Below are positions 46,538 to 62,200 of a DNA stretch of 64,000 bases, in pieces. A model generated the notes under the pieces. That model made no database searches. It saw nothing but the letters and a program-made list of their open reading frames with translations, and was not told the DNA's origin. Every line of letters starts with the position of its first letter. The first letter of the stretch is position 1. Source of the DNA: Lingula anatina (taxonomy: Eukaryota > Animalia > Brachiopoda); NCBI GenBank assembly GCA_051362555.1, contig CM120648.1:1279721-1343720 (forward strand). The letters run 5' to 3'. The position numbers and the translations under genes were made by a program.

Positions 46538-49500
46538 ATGGCCAGCAAGAGGCGAACCAACACCACTGCCACTGCTCGGCTAAAACAAGACTTCATGCGT
46601 ATAGTGAAAGATCCTGTCCCCTACATCGTAGCTTCTCCTTTAGCCTCCAATATATTAGAATGGTAGGTTTTGCATCAAATGATTTAAAGATACACAGTTT
46701 AACATTTTCCCAGCAAAGAAGAACCTAACAAAATTTCCAGTCACAGTGCACGAAAAAACGGTAGAAATAGTATTTTTTCTCACTAACCAACCTTTTATTC
46801 TTCTCTTCTGACAATTACCATAACTCCATAAGAATCTGGGTAAAGTAGAAAGTCCTTAACCCAAGCTAAAATTGATTATTTGTGGCATCATTTATTCTTG
46901 CTATTTACTTGGTGAAATATGTTCAAAAAGTATTATTAGTCATTAGATGAGTTCAACAATAAATGGTTTATGTGCTTAATATGCGTCTGAAACTCTACAC
47001 TATGTCGCTTAAAGCTCAAAATTCTCCTTATGTTCTAAACCAAATCTTAGTCTTCTTTGCTCCCAGGTAAAGCAGATCCAGGTAAAGTAGTCCAAGTACA
47101 TTAGCACCCGATGTACAACAAGATAGACGTTACTAATGTTTCAGTGAATAAATAGTAATACTTTTCAGTTATTAATCCACAAACTACTAGGACTTCATAG
47201 TGGAAGTGAAGCTGAACAAAACTTTGGTGGAGAATTAATTTCATGTCAGTTTTGTGACTAACATTCTTGTCAAACTGTAAACAGGAAAAGAGAGCACTCA
47301 GGAACAAGATTCTCTGGGAAAGTGGAACTCATCATCATCTACTAGTCTTGTTATGTAATGGGCTTGTTTTTATACTAAAAAATGCAAAAAAAAAATTTGT
47401 GATAGGCAGTCACTTTTTAACTGGATCATACATACATTTATCCTAGATGGCAGTACTCTTCCCTTTTTCTTTTAATCTTATTTGGGGCATTTTTTTTTTA
47501 ATGCGTGTGACAGGGGCAGTTGGTAATGTCCCAAAATTTAATTTTGATTTTTGCATATCCTGCAAAACTACCTGCTTTCAATATAAATTTTTTATAATTC
47601 ACATCTAAAAACCACAAATCCCTCAAAATAAAAGAATCTGATGTTGGTTTTCCCCTCTGAAATGTCAGGAAGACATGGCCGTCTGAATTAATCAATTCAT
47701 TTAGAACGTATTTAATTTAACTTACTACAAAACAATGGATAAAATGTAGGGATGGGTTGTGTGGTGATTTTTGAGTAAGAGAACTCTTATTTTTCAAGTG
47801 GGAAATTAGGTTTGACACAAAAATCCTATGTGGAGGACCTTTTTAGTTGCAAGCAACCTTCAAGTTGAAGCCCCTCATAAAACTCGGGTGTCAGTTAAGT
47901 GAATATTTTGCTCTAGATAATAAACCAATCTTTCATCCAATCAATTATGAAGACATAAAAAGAATGATAACACATTTCACACTGTCTTTGAAAATGTCTG
48001 TATCATTAGTGAATCATACTAAGCATTCAGCATTTCTTTTATTTCTGTTTGAGCATAGCCCCTGTTCTTCTTATGTATATGCCTCGGCCCCCGTCCAAAT
48101 TCAGGTGTGTTCTAAACAATAAAGTCCCTTATTAATAAAGCCAGCAAACAGTCTCGATGAGTGTTATTTTCAGTAAGTCTTATTTCAAAGTGAACAATTT
48201 TCATGAACAATAGCGACCAGTAACCACGATGTTATGTCAGCTTTCGGAGAATTTTGTCTGGGTTGTGCGGAACGCCGTCACTGTCACTTAATCAATTAGT
48301 CACTTAATCAATTCATTTAGAACGTATTTAATTTAACTTACTACAAAACAATGGATAAAATGTAGGGATGGGTTGTGTGGTGATTTTTGAGTAAGAGAAC
48401 TCTTATTTTTCAAGTGGGAAATTAGGTTTGACACAAAAATCCTATGTGGAGGACCTTTTTAGTTGCAAGCAACCTTCAAGTTGAAGCCCCTCATAAAACT
48501 CGGGTGTCAGTTAAGTGAATATTTTGCTCTAGATAATAAACCAATCTTTCATCCAATCAATTATGAAGACATAAAAAGAATGATAACACATTTCACACTG
48601 TCTTTGAAAATGTCTGTATCATTAGTGAATCATACTAAGCATTCAGCATTTCTTTTATTTCTGTTTGAGCATAGCCCCTGTTCTTCTTATGTATATGCCT
48701 CGGCCCCCGTCCAAATTCAGGTGTGTTCTAAACAATAAAGTCCCTTATTAATAAAGCCAGCAAACAGTCTCGATGAGTGTTATTTTCAGTAAGTCTTATT
48801 TCAAAGTGAACAATTTTCATGAACAATAGCGACCAGTAACCACGATGTTATGTCAGCTTTCGGAGAATTTTGTCTGGGTTGTGCGGAACGCCGTCACTGT
48901 CACTTGGGGGTAATGTTGCCCACACATTTTAATCCCGTTTTCAGTAAATTATATTGAATCCTCATACAGTGTATACTACCTGTTTTCATCTGTTTTCATA
49001 AGATGTCATTTGTACCCACGCATTATTAGTTGCAAGCTTGTTTCTGTTCACTAAGAATACATTGTACCTTTGCACTAATTACGTTTAGTAGTAAGCCCAA
49101 AACAAAGGATTTATATAATATGACCTGCCGTAAACCGTGAAGTGTATTTGCTGGTACCCACACCTTCTTGGATGCCAACACGTTTCACTCACGCCGAAAC
49201 TAGACAGAGATTATATCCATGGACAAAGTTTTTAAAATGAATACAGGACTTAAAATAAGTTTACTAGTACGTGGGAGATTTCACTTGGTTTTCTAAAAAT
49301 AAAGGGGATTGAAGGGGTGGGTGAGATCACACCTGGCAAGGACATAGGATGGGGTGATAAAAAAAACAAACAACCTTTGTGAGGTTAAGAATAAGATTGT
49401 TAGTATTCTTCCAAATAATTTTAGTTGGCTTGTGTAGGCTTTTGAAAATTACACCTTGCCTTCCACTTAAAAATAAAAAACTGAATGAAATAGATGAATT

Positions 49501-50582
49501 GAAACATGAAAATAGAGATCATTAAGACAAAATGTAAACAACAATGAAATGAAGCATTTTTTTTTTAATGTGAAGAGACCTGGATTTATCTTTGAAATAA
49601 TAATCTATTCTTTCCCTCCTGAGTAACTGTTTATCCTAATAATGTCATTGAAGTTATTGAAGAACTATATTTTAGATATCTTGACCACCAACAAGTAGGC
49701 AACCCAGCACAGATTAAAAAAAAAAAATCTAACCTCCTTTATTGACAAAGGTAATTATGATTGAGATGTGGATGATATTTTCTCTTCAACAGGTTGATTT
49801 TGCAACATGTAAATCTGATGTAAAAAAGGTTCAATTATATTTAGCAAACTGACACACCTTAATATTATTCCTACTGATCTGTTCCATAGAACTGCCATTT
49901 GTCCATTTGTGGCTTCATTTAGTTTTAAGTCTTCCCCATCCTGATTAAGGTTTGCATAAGCAGGAATTTGTGGGAATATCTAGACCCGTGGTCTTCACAA
50001 GGTGAAAGAGGTGTTCATTAATTTAGTTATTTATTGAAACAAATACCAATTGATGCTGGAGTAAAATTGAAGGGAACTCTCTTTCTCTCTCTCTCTCTCT
50101 CTCTCAATTCATCTCTTTGTCAGCGTGTCTGTCTCAAAGCAAATGACAAGAGCAACCTCAGTTCTCTTTTCCCCCATTTCCCTTATGTGAAACACTTATC
50201 TTAATATTGATTGCAATAAAAAAATAACACCTTTAGAACACAAACTCTCCATTTTGTTGCTTCATTAACCTCCCCTGAAGCTTGCAAGTAAGTGCTCGAG
50301 GTGGCCGAACGTTTAATTGTCATTTTCGCTGCTTTTTAAATTGGAGTGAGATGGTGATAAGCTTGTACTTTGTAACTAAGTAAAAAGTTATCTCAAGAAC
50401 TAATACGATGGAGGACCTGGGTCTAGGGACAGTCTTGAGCCAGTGGTTGGTTTACATTGTTTTGTCAAGGAGAGTTGAGTCCCAGATTATGTTGTTCTAT
50501 TAAACAAAGACATTATTTCACCTCTTTACTGATAAAATCATAAATAAACCTCCCCTCAAAAAAAAAAAAATAAATAAAAAAA

Positions 50583-50624
<42 letters not shown>

Positions 50625-50632
50625 AATAGAAA

Positions 50633-50663
<31 letters not shown>

Positions 50664-52872
50664 ATCCTGGTACCAGATGTAGTACTTATTGTTGTCATTT
50701 AATATGTTTTTCTCTCTTTTTCCAGTCTCTACACATTGATAGTTATAGAGCCATCAGTTTCCCCATTCTGTATGCTTATATGTGCATGCTAATAGTCAGG
50801 GACATGTAATTTTGTCTGTGAGTATTTAGATGAATTGATTAAATATGTGATTCTGTGTCTGTATTTTTCTCCAGGCACTACATTGTTCTAGGGCCAGCCG
50901 AGTCACCCTACGAGGGGGGTTATTATCACGGAAAGTTGATTTTCCCTAGAGAGTACCCCTTTAAACCCCCAAGTATATATATGATCACACCCAATGGAAG
51001 ATTTAAGTGCAATACTAGGTAAGGTATTTGGTACTTCTTTGAGTAATTTTTTTTCTTCAAGTTTTTCCATGTAATGAAAAGTATTGTTATGATGATGCAA
51101 ATTGGTCTGTACAGGATTACATATTATATATGAAAGTTAATATAGCTTTTTCAAACTGTTTGATAATTCTGACAAATTAACTTACATCTGTTGTTGTTGT
51201 TCTTCTTCTTATTGTTATTATTACCTTACAATAAATGATATCTCGATGCTCTAAGTTCAATTGAACAGTTGAACCGAACTTTGCAAAAGATTGTGATAGA
51301 GAAGACAATTGTGTCCACTTTATACCCCCTTTACACTGGACGGCGTCCTTTCTGCGTCCTTTCTGCGACCATGAAATTTGGCATCGCTGTGGTCTTAATA
51401 AGGAGGCATGAGCATTGATTTGGTATCAGAATGAATACTCAATGATCGGCCAGTTGTCGGCACGTAAAGTATTATAATTCTTTAACTCTCAAATAGGGCC
51501 GAACTGCTGGACGCAGAAGGGACGCCGTCCAGTGTAAAGGGGGCTTTAACACTATGTTGCAAAATGTAGAGCCAATTGATTTGTTTATTATTTCATTTAG
51601 ACTTATTATTATTATTATTTTTTTTTTTCTATAGAAAGTGTGACTTAAAAAATGGTCCTACCTTATTACTTATTGAGAAATAAAAATGGCTCTTATTTAG
51701 GAATCAGCTCTATAAGAATACCTTGCAAAGCTGAAGTTTTATATTAATATCATAATTAAATAGTCATTAGTTTGTATGTAAGTACACAAATAATTATCGA
51801 ATACTTTGTTATTATAACAACTTGACATCTCAATTCCTTTCCTGTGTTGGCCACAATATTTAAAGGAATTTGCAAATATTAATAAAATATTGTTAATGAA
51901 GAGATACTGTGGTCTCAAGTGTTTTCATCAAGCCAGGTGCGTAAAAAAGGCTCGTTCTATTTCTGAATGTCTCAAAAGAAATGCGTATTTATTTTTCATT
52001 GTTACACTTTGGGAATAATTTAATAAGGTATTGATTTTAAAGCCCCATAAAAACTAATTTTGTAAGGAAGAGTCTTTGGGACTATTTTTGTTGCACATTG
52101 TGTGTGTTTAGGTCGCTCATGTTGTGTGCAAATTTCTCATTCCATTTTTTTATGTGGGATCCACTCACATACCTGATTGATAAAATGGAAAGGTTAGCAA
52201 ATATTTGCGAACTGGAGATACTTAAACTGGTCAACTACTAGTAATTTGATGTTGTTCTCACATGTGATATTGGACTATGGTGGGTCCATTCTCTTTTTTT
52301 TTTAATTCTCATGCAATCCTGTACAGTAATCATTTGAATAAACTCTGTAAAGTTTTTGATGTGTTCTATTTTCAAAATTCATGGTGTTAAAAAAGTTAAT
52401 CAATATTGACTTTGTGTTTCAGTGACCTGGAGTGTGGTGTGGTGTTGTATGGTGTAGTGTAGTGCAGTCATTATAGCAGGGGCAGATCCAGGATTATTTG
52501 AAGGGGGGTCTGGGGATGTGAAGCCGTCCCTTGCCCCCCCCCCCCCCAACCCCCACCCCCACCCCCACCCTCCACCCCACAAAATCCACCACTGTCTAGT
52601 ATAGTATAGTATCTTTTTACTGTATTTCAGGCTATGTTTGTCAATCAGTGATTTCCACCCAGACACCTGGAACCCTGCCTGGTCAGTCTCCACCATCCTG
52701 ACAGGATTGTTGAGTTTTATGGTAAGATGGGGACAAACTTTGTGATTCTTTACTCTTCACTGCTGACACTCTATGGTGTCTTTGTTCATCCTGTTTCTCT
52801 CTCTCCTGAAGTATGTTTCTTTTTACAGTTTTATCTACATTGACTCCAAATTTTGCAGTGTTTCTTATTTCT

Positions 52873-52904
<32 letters not shown>

Positions 52905-55900
52905 TCTCTCTCTTATATCTTTTCAATATTGTTGTTATATTAATTTTCATAAATGTTCATAAATTTCAGACTTGTCACACTACAGTATCCGTTGTTGTCT
53001 ACATTGTCCTGATTGAATTCAGTCTTCTTCATTAATTTGATAAGCAGCAGTCATAGGTCTTCCTCTTTCACTACTTCATGAGAAAAATGGTGTTTGGTAT
53101 TTGATCATAAATGTCAGACTCCCCACTTCTTGGATTTTGATAACGATTTTTTTATCAGAGTTGCTCAGAAAATGGCACTTTCTGCTATAATCCTCCATCC
53201 TATATATTTAGACATGATGAATAAATAATGTTTTGCCAGTGAAATTAAGAACTGTTGATTCAAAAGAAAATGTAAAGTTAGATGAAGTCGGATAGTACAT
53301 GTTTGTGAGTTATTAAAAATGATGAATTTAAAAGTAAAATTTCAGAAAATAATTGAGGTATTTGAAAATTTCAAGTTATTACCATAGGAAGCCTTACACA
53401 CTCACTAAACCGTGCCTAATATTTGTCTTTGCACTTGTAAAGATTTATTGTTTTGATTAAACTGTGTCATCTCTGGTCGTTGTCTTTAATCTCTTGTTTA
53501 CGCTTGTGTTGGAACTCGTTCATGTGCGCTCTGCTCGTCTTAATACCATCTTTTTTTTTTGTCAGATTTTAAAATGCAGTTATTTTCACCCTCTTGCGCA
53601 GTTTTGATAATTAACCCCCTCCCCCCTTTCTCATTCAAGAAAAATAGCTGTTACTTCTAAGAAGAAAATCTCCCACAGTTTTTTAGTGGTCAGCATCAGT
53701 TTTAATGCTTTGAAATGGAGAAATATTCCATTTATTATTGAGTGACTTTGATTGAATGAAGGTTAATTGTATATTTTGAGTTGGTCATGTGGCTACATGC
53801 CACACACACACACACACAAACACACACACTTGTTTTTGTTGGGAAATTCGAGAAATTAAATGATGATTTCTTTTTATGTACAGACACAGATGTGTCTGTA
53901 CATATAGCCATCATCTGCGTCTGTCGTCGCCGTCGCCGTCGTCGCTGTCGCCGTCGTCGCCGTCGTCGCCGTCGCCGTGCACTTTTACCGATAACACGAT
54001 AAGTGGAAAACCATTTTACCTTTTGACTTGAAACTTGCAGAACTGATGAATATTCATAATACGCAGGTCAAGTTCGAAAATCAGCATGATCGGGTCACTT
54101 TTAGGGAATTTATGCTGTTTTTTCACTTTTTTCAGCATATATGCAGCACCGATAACACGATAAGTGGAAAACCATTTTACCTTTTGACTTGAAACTTACA
54201 GAACTGATGAAAATTCATAATACGCAGGTCAAGTTCGAAAATCAGCATGATCGGGTCACTTTTAGGGAATTTATGCTGTTTTTTCACTTTTTTCAGCATA
54301 TATGCAGCACCGATAACACGATAAGTGGAAAACCATTTTACCTTTTGACTTGAAACTTACAGAACTGATGAATATTCATAATACGCAGGTCAAGTTCGAA
54401 AATCAGCATGATCGGGTCACTTTTAGGTAATTTATGCTGTTTTTTTCACTATTTTCAATATAAATGCAACACTGATAACACAATATAAGAAAAACGGATT
54501 GGCCAATTGTAATTATACTCACAGGAGTGGTCAATCTTACTAAAACGCAGGTTGAGTTCGAAAATAAGCATAATCGGGCCATTACTTAAGAAGTTATACT
54601 GTTTTTTCACATTTCCTCAGATTCAATTATTAGGCATGTTAACAGTCTCATTATTTAACTAATAAGATGCCTAAAAGTGTTTGTTTGATATTTCCTGCAT
54701 CTTTACAACATTGTTAGTTGATTATGTAAAAAACATGGTAAACTTGTTATCATGTATTGTGTAATAAAGTGTCAAAAATGGAAATAAACTCATATCATTG
54801 CAGTTTGTCAGATTCAATCATCCACTATGTTCAGAAACTCAGAATGGAGGAAATTGGACATTTAACACTGTTCTATTGATACTTTTCCCATCTCATCAAT
54901 TTTCTTAGTTGGACATATAAAAATGGCAGTAAAATGTTTATTTTGTTTTATGTTAAAAAAGTGTTAAAAATGGAAATAAACCCATTTCAGAACAGTGCTG
55001 TCTTGTTTACATTTTGGCATTATCAAGGCGTGACTTTGAAGTTCCATGGGCCTGAAGACCTTTGCTAGTCACATTTTCTGAATATCTGTGATACAAATAT
55101 TTTATAATTAAAAATTGATGGTCATTTAGCTGTTAAACATTATGTAATATTGCATCAAAATTTGAAGAAACCCCCATTTCGGGCACTGCTTCCATGATGA
55201 CCATTTAAGGAAAATCATGTCACTTACTGTTCTCAAACTTACAGGATAGAAACATGGGACTAAAATACAGCTTCAGTAGGCAATGCAGTCTGTTTGGTTT
55301 TTTTTTTTTTTTTTTTTTTTTTTTTGGCAGTTAAACAGTTTTTTGTGAAAATTTAATTTTTCACATATTGGCATTTTCAAGGTGTGACTTTAAAGTTCCA
55401 TGATACTGAAGACTTTTGCTTGTCACATTTTCTGAATGTCTATGTTACTAATATTTTATTAATAACATTTGATTGTCATTATGCTATTAAACATTATGTA
55501 ATGTTGCATCAAAATTTGAAGAAACCCCTATTTTGGGCACTGCTCCTATGATGACCATTTAAGGGAAATCATGTCACTTACTGTTCTCAAACTTACAGGA
55601 AAGAAACATGGGTCTAACATACAGCTTCAATAGGCAACGCAGTCTGTTTGGTAAAATTTTCTGGCAATTTAACAGTTTTTTGTGAAAATTTAATTTTTCA
55701 CTTATTTGCATCTTTATTTCACTTTTCTCAGCATATATGCAGCACCGATAACACGATATGTGAAATACCATTTTACCTTTTGGCTTGAAACTTACAGAAC
55801 TGATGAATATTCATAATACGCAGGTCAAGTTTGAAAAACAGCATGATAGAGCCACTTTTATAGAAGTTATGCTGTTTTTTCATTTTTTTAGCATATATAC

Positions 55901-58900
55901 AACACTGATAATACAATATAAGAAAAACAGATAGGCAAATTGTCATTTTACTCACAAGAGTGGTCAATCTTACTAAAACATAGGTTGAGTATGAAAATCA
56001 GCATAATCGGTCCATTATTTTAGAAGTTATTCTTTTATTTTACATTTCCTCAGATTCAATTCTTAGGCATGTTAATAGTCTCATTATTGAACTAATAAGA
56101 TACATAAAAGTGTTTGTTTGACATTTCCTGCATCTTTACAACATTGTCAGTTGATTATGTAAAAATGATGGTAAATTTGTTATCATGTATTGTGTAATGA
56201 AGTGTCAAAACTGGAAATAAACACATATCATTGCAATTTGTCATATTCAATCATCCACTATGTTCAGAATCTTAGATGGAGGAAATTGGACATTTAACAC
56301 TGTTCTTTTGATATTTTCCCCATCTCATCAATTTTATTAGTTGGTCATATAAAAATAGCAGTTAATTGTTAATTTTGTTTTATGTTAAAAAAGTGTTAAA
56401 AATGGAAATAAACCCATTTCAGAAAAGTGCTGTCTTGTTTACATTTTGGCATTTTCAAGATGTGACTTTGAAGTTCCATGGTCCTGAAGACCTTTGCTGG
56501 TCACATTTTCTGAATATCCATGATACTAATATTTTATTCTTAAAAATTGATGGTCATTATGCTGTTAAACATTATGTAATATTGCATCAAAATTTGAAGA
56601 AACCCCTATTTTGGGCACTGTTCCCATGATGATCATTTAAGGAAAATGATATCACTCACTGTTCTCAAACTTACAGGAAAGAAACATGGGACTAAAATAT
56701 AGCTTCAGTAGGCAATGCAGTCTGTTTGGTAAATTTTTCTGGCAATTAAACAGTTTTTTGTGAAAATTTAATTATTCATTTATTGGCATTTTCAAGGTGT
56801 GACTTAGAACCTCCACGGGCTTGAAGACCTTTGCTAGTCACATTTTCTGAATATCCATGATACTAATATTTTATTATTAAAAATTGATGGTCATTATGCT
56901 GTTAAACATTATGTAATGTTGCATCAAAATAGAAGAAAACATAATTTTTGGTGTTGCTGCCATGATGACCATTATGGGAAAATCATGTTACTTACGACTC
57001 AATCTTTCAAAAAAAGTTGGAAAAGCAGTCTAATTGGCTTCTTTTTCTGGAATTTATACATTTTAGTGAAATATTCATTATTATCTTTTTGGCATATTCA
57101 TTGTGGGACTCAGAACTCCCATGGACATGAAGCTGAATGGTAATCAAATTTTCTACATGTCCTTGCTATTCATAGTCAATAATAAAAAATTGGTGATCAT
57201 TATTCTATAAATTATTATGTAATGTTACATCAAAATTGACAAAAATATTTTTGTACTGCTTCTGCAAACATTATGGAAAGAAAACTGTGTTACCTATTAT
57301 TGTGTTTAACTTACAAGTATGATTTTTAGGATTGGCATGCAGTTCAAATTAGAAAGCCAGCTCAATTGGGTTATCATTTATTATTGAATTTATGCAATTT
57401 TGTGTTAAATTTTCATTTTTCTCATTCTGGCTCTTTCTAATTGTAAATTTGAACTTTGATGGACCTGAAGCCTTATGCTTTTACTTTCGTCGTTGTTACC
57501 TGTTCTGCATAATTAAAATTTGATATTGACTGTGCAGTTAAACATAATGTACTATTGCATCAGAATTGGCAGTCTCCTATTTTTGTGCATTATTGTTTTG
57601 TGCTTTTCTTAAGCTGTGTCTTATGGGACAAATTTGTGTGGTCAGTCTGTAAATTCCCCTTGGGTATTCACTAGGCTAAGTTTAGTGCTATAAACTCATT
57701 TGCCTGATTAAGTGGCCATTAAATGAGATTTCATAAATCACACTTGTTGATATTTCCCTGTAAACTCCCAAAGGTTAAGCTCTCTGCTAGATAACAGTGT
57801 CCATAATAAGGAAGCACTGAATAGCAGCTTCATTAGATTATATTTTTGTTGTTTTCTTTTTAATTTCTTCTCCAACACTGGCATTTTTAAGATGTGACTT
57901 TCCCATCCACCTGAGGCTCTGCACAATTTCTGTATTTCCACGTAAGCAGTTGTATTGGTATTCATGTCTTTAAACACTGGTAATATTATTTTATGCACTG
58001 TCATCATTTTTCTTATATTGGGACTTTCATCATGTGAATTTTAACTCTCATGGTCATGAAACTATAATCTTATTGAAGGGGTGGATTGAGACCATCTTCT
58101 GGGTCTCCTGGAAGACAGTTAGATTTTTTATATTGATGGGTATCTATTTTTTTCTTTTGGAAGACCATCAAAATGGAAGATGGATCAATAAAGATACTTT
58201 AGAATACTGTCAAAAATATTTCTGGATCTGCTCCTGTTATTGACCATGTTACCTGTTGTGCATAATGAAAAATCAGTGTTGACTGACTGCTATTATAAGC
58301 ATTATTTATTGTTGCATCAAAATTGACAAAATGACCTCTTTTGCATCTTTTTTTTCTGTTTTTTGTCTGTACATTTGACAGCTTTGCTGCCTTGTTTGTA
58401 TTTTTCAGCTCGAAAAAAGTCCAACATTAGGAAGTATAGAAACTTCTGATTACACAGTAAGTTTTTTTTTTTTTTATTAAAAATATATAAACACAATACA
58501 GCACGTTACAAAGAAGACAAACATACAAGAACATGCAATACATCACAGAATCAGAAAACACATTTCAGTACAAATACAAAACGATACACTACATCAGTAC
58601 AGTTTTATAACTTAATACAATACATACACTTTTATGGGTGCACAGTCACTGTAAGTTATCTTGAAATAAGATTTTCATTCCATTGCGATATTTCCACTTC
58701 AGATACTTGGTAAGGAAAAAAAAAAAAACACAAAAAAGATAATTGAAAATCTTTTTAATTAGGTAAACATCATCAACAATATCTTAAGAATCAGTAACCT
58801 TGAAAACCTTTTAAAAATATATTTAGTGAATAATGCTATTTTAATCTGTTTATTTTTATTAGTGTTATGATATTGATATGCTATTATTGATATGAAAAAA

Positions 58901-59236
58901 AAAACAATACACCTTGTGGTTTGTGTTTCATATCTATAGAAGTGATCCTAAAACATTTCGATATTCATAATTCCAATTAAAAATGCAACAATAACCTAAT
59001 TGCAGTGATGACTGAGACCAAAATTGATATTCAAACTTATTAGCAATAACATCGTAAAGATGTTGGTTTAGTTTTCACAGGACTGTCCTGTTTGATTGTG
59101 ATTTGTTCCTCACATTCCTCTTTGACATAAGAGAGCACTACATTGGTAGGAAAAGAAGTTTGTGGATTCCACATTAAGACTGTCAGTTCTGATGGAATGC
59201 CTGAAAAGAAACCCTCCTCACATACTCGTACATATG

Positions 59237-59271
<35 letters not shown>

Positions 59272-62200
59272 AACTGTGCACACATGGCTGTCCATTCCTT
59301 TTTGCCTGAGTTGTCCTTACGTAATGTTTTTTCAGACTTAACTCATTTCTTAATATTTACAAGTGTTTTGACGACTGTTCATTTGCACAAGTGTTGAGCA
59401 AACGGCATAGAATTATCTAATCAAAGAAGTGAGAGGTTTCCAACGGAAATCATTTTACTTAATTAACAACACTGCACAGGAGGCAAAGTCTTGTAACTAC
59501 TTACTCCGTTTACATGGATATCATTAATTATCATTAATAAATAAGATATTTTGATAAGCACAGCATTTTTTTCTAATACAGATAGCATTCGATGTCCCTA
59601 AAGGACAGATGTCCCCCATTTTTTTTATATTCTTGATATTCTGAAGACTGAAGTCAATTTTGTCTTTTAAGATATTTTATATTAATTTTTATTAAATATA
59701 AAATTTACTTTTCTTTCCCTTTTTTTGTCTTTTATTTCCTTCTTTTATTTTCTATGTTTTTGTCTTTGTACTCAAAGTCAAGTGCTGAAGAACTAGAGCA
59801 AGTTTTTGTTAAAAACGAGTGCACTGAATTTTGGTCCATAGTGTTAATATGCATCTTCCTTAGCCCTGGGTGATTACAGAGAAATGTGGTAGAACTAATT
59901 GATCTACCAAGCCAAACCCAGTTTGTTTTTTTTTTTTCATTTGCCATAATTTGGACCAATTTCACTTCTAAGATTTACCTTTATATGTACAGACACATAA
60001 AAGCTAGAGAGTGATTTTTTTAACATGATGAAATGTTGCATAAAAATAGACAAAATACTTTATTTTGCACCAGCATCATTTATTTTCTGCTTTGTATCTG
60101 TATATTAGACAACTTTGCTGCCTTGTTTTAATTCAGATTTGTAGATTTTAATTTGCAGATACAATTACATATTAAAATGAATTAATATATTGAAATGACA
60201 ATGAAGATTTATAAAAAGTTTTAAAAGCTGCTGTTATTACAGTAGTGATGCATTGTTAGAATTGTGGCATGAAAGATACAAATCAGACACAAAATAATTA
60301 GCTACAGTATATTTTTTTCCCTGAAAAAATCTTAAACAAATCACCAGTGCCTGTTGTACATTAAGTTTATTTATCTACTTATTTACTTGCCTAATAAATT
60401 TAATTCTAAGGATTGTGTGATTTTTTTCATAATTTCAAACAATTCATTGCAATTTATCTTTGTGATTACAGATTTCCTTCAAGTAACTCAAATGATGCTG
60501 CATGTTATAGAGATTTAATACACTTAATGAAAGTAAAAAATTTAGACTTGTGGCAACAAAAGACATCTTGAACTATATCTATTGTTTTTGCCTTTGTTGT
60601 TTTTGTATCTACAGATTAATGTTTTTTTTTTTTCTATACTAAAAACAACAATCATGATCTTCTCATTCCAGAAAAGAAGTTTAGCGGCTCAGAGTTTGGC
60701 CTTTAATTTAAAAGACAAAGTATTTACAGAAACATTTCCCGAGATCACCAAGGTAGGTCAGCGGACAGAATCACAATCTGCACTAGAACATACTGTTTTT
60801 TTTTTTCTCTTTTAATGAAAAATGTTCTGAATCTGTTCTAGGACATTCTGAAGTACTTCCCAAAACCAGTTCTCAAACTGTTACATTCATTACAGAACAA
60901 CATGAAAATGCTAAAAAAAAAAATATATATACGTCAAATGTTCTAGAAGGGATTGAGAACTGTAAGTAAGCGTTAAATAAGACAAATTTTCGCAGGGGAA
61001 GTTACAGGGACAGATCATCAGACAATTAACACCTTGGGTCAATATTTAGTAAAATGTACCCATGACATTTCAACTCCTAGGTGAAGATGTGTATTTTCAT
61101 TTATTTATTCATATGTTTAGTCTGTCTGTCTGTGCCTGTCCCAAAATGTGAATATGCTGTATATTGGACCCGATTTTGTTATTTTGTTGGTAGTAGGCTT
61201 ATTCAGAAACATTTACTTCGGCATGTAGTTTCACAAGAAATACTTTTTTCAATCATATAATATTTCATTGGTATAGTTAAAAACAAAACACTCATAAGCT
61301 CTATTGAGCCTTTGGGCTGACTACAAATAAAACTATTTGAACAGTATTTTAAAAGAACAAGAAAAAACTGACGAAACAATATTGTAATATGCTTCTTGAA
61401 CATGAGACATCCGTATGTAAAATTAAAAATATGACAGTCTTCCAGAAGACCCAGAAGACTGCCTCAATCTGTCACTGAATTTATTATTATTTTGTTGTTG
61501 TTAAATATCATATCTGAAGAAGTGCTTGGTGTGGGCAGTTTATTCAACATTTTAATATATGATACTTCATTTTGTATAAAGTTGTATGACATATCATTAT
61601 ACAAAACAGATTCTAGGCTTGAAAATTTAAAGTATCAACCGTTTTAATTTAACACTCCATATATTTTGTATAAGATATTATTAGATATATTTTGTATATA
61701 TTCCCAGAGATTAGATCCATCCAAACTAGATCGACCTAACTCCTTGGGGGTTCACGCTAAATAGCTGTCAGCCGAGCGGGCACGAAAGTTCATTACCCCT
61801 TTACAGCTTGTAGTAGGCGGGACGGACATTTAAGCCGGATTATCTGACAGTAATCTAGTGTGACTCCCCACGGGGATAGATCGATCTAAATGTCTGGGAA
61901 TATGCCCTAAGATTACAGTATGAGGTCCTTACAAAGGGAAGTTATCAGTTAATTCTAAACAAGTCCTTGGTGTGGGTGAAACACGTGACATAAGGTGTTA
62001 CATGCGTAAATAAGAGACAAAAATTAGGCAGCCAAGCATGTTTTGCTATATTTAATTTAGCTCTCTGCGTCACCTGCACCGATACAGCTGCTGTTTGATA
62101 CTGCACACTTCGTTGTGACTTGGCCGTAAAACGTCATACAGGTGTTTTGGGTGTTTGAAACCTTGGATTGTTTTTGTCAGTATTCTGTGTCAGAATTAAA

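Noticed and set aside
47847-48738. Identical 91-aa ORFs in the UBE2J2 intron
   Set aside because: TTG-start ORFs produced by the 602-bp tandem duplication, with no recognisable protein.
53781-54002. Poly-Arg ORF
   Set aside because: Translation of the (CGY)n microsatellite in the HINE-like element.
53988-54610. CRISPR-like array
   Set aside because: The units are full-length tandem copies with no unique spacers, in a eukaryotic intron, with no cas genes.
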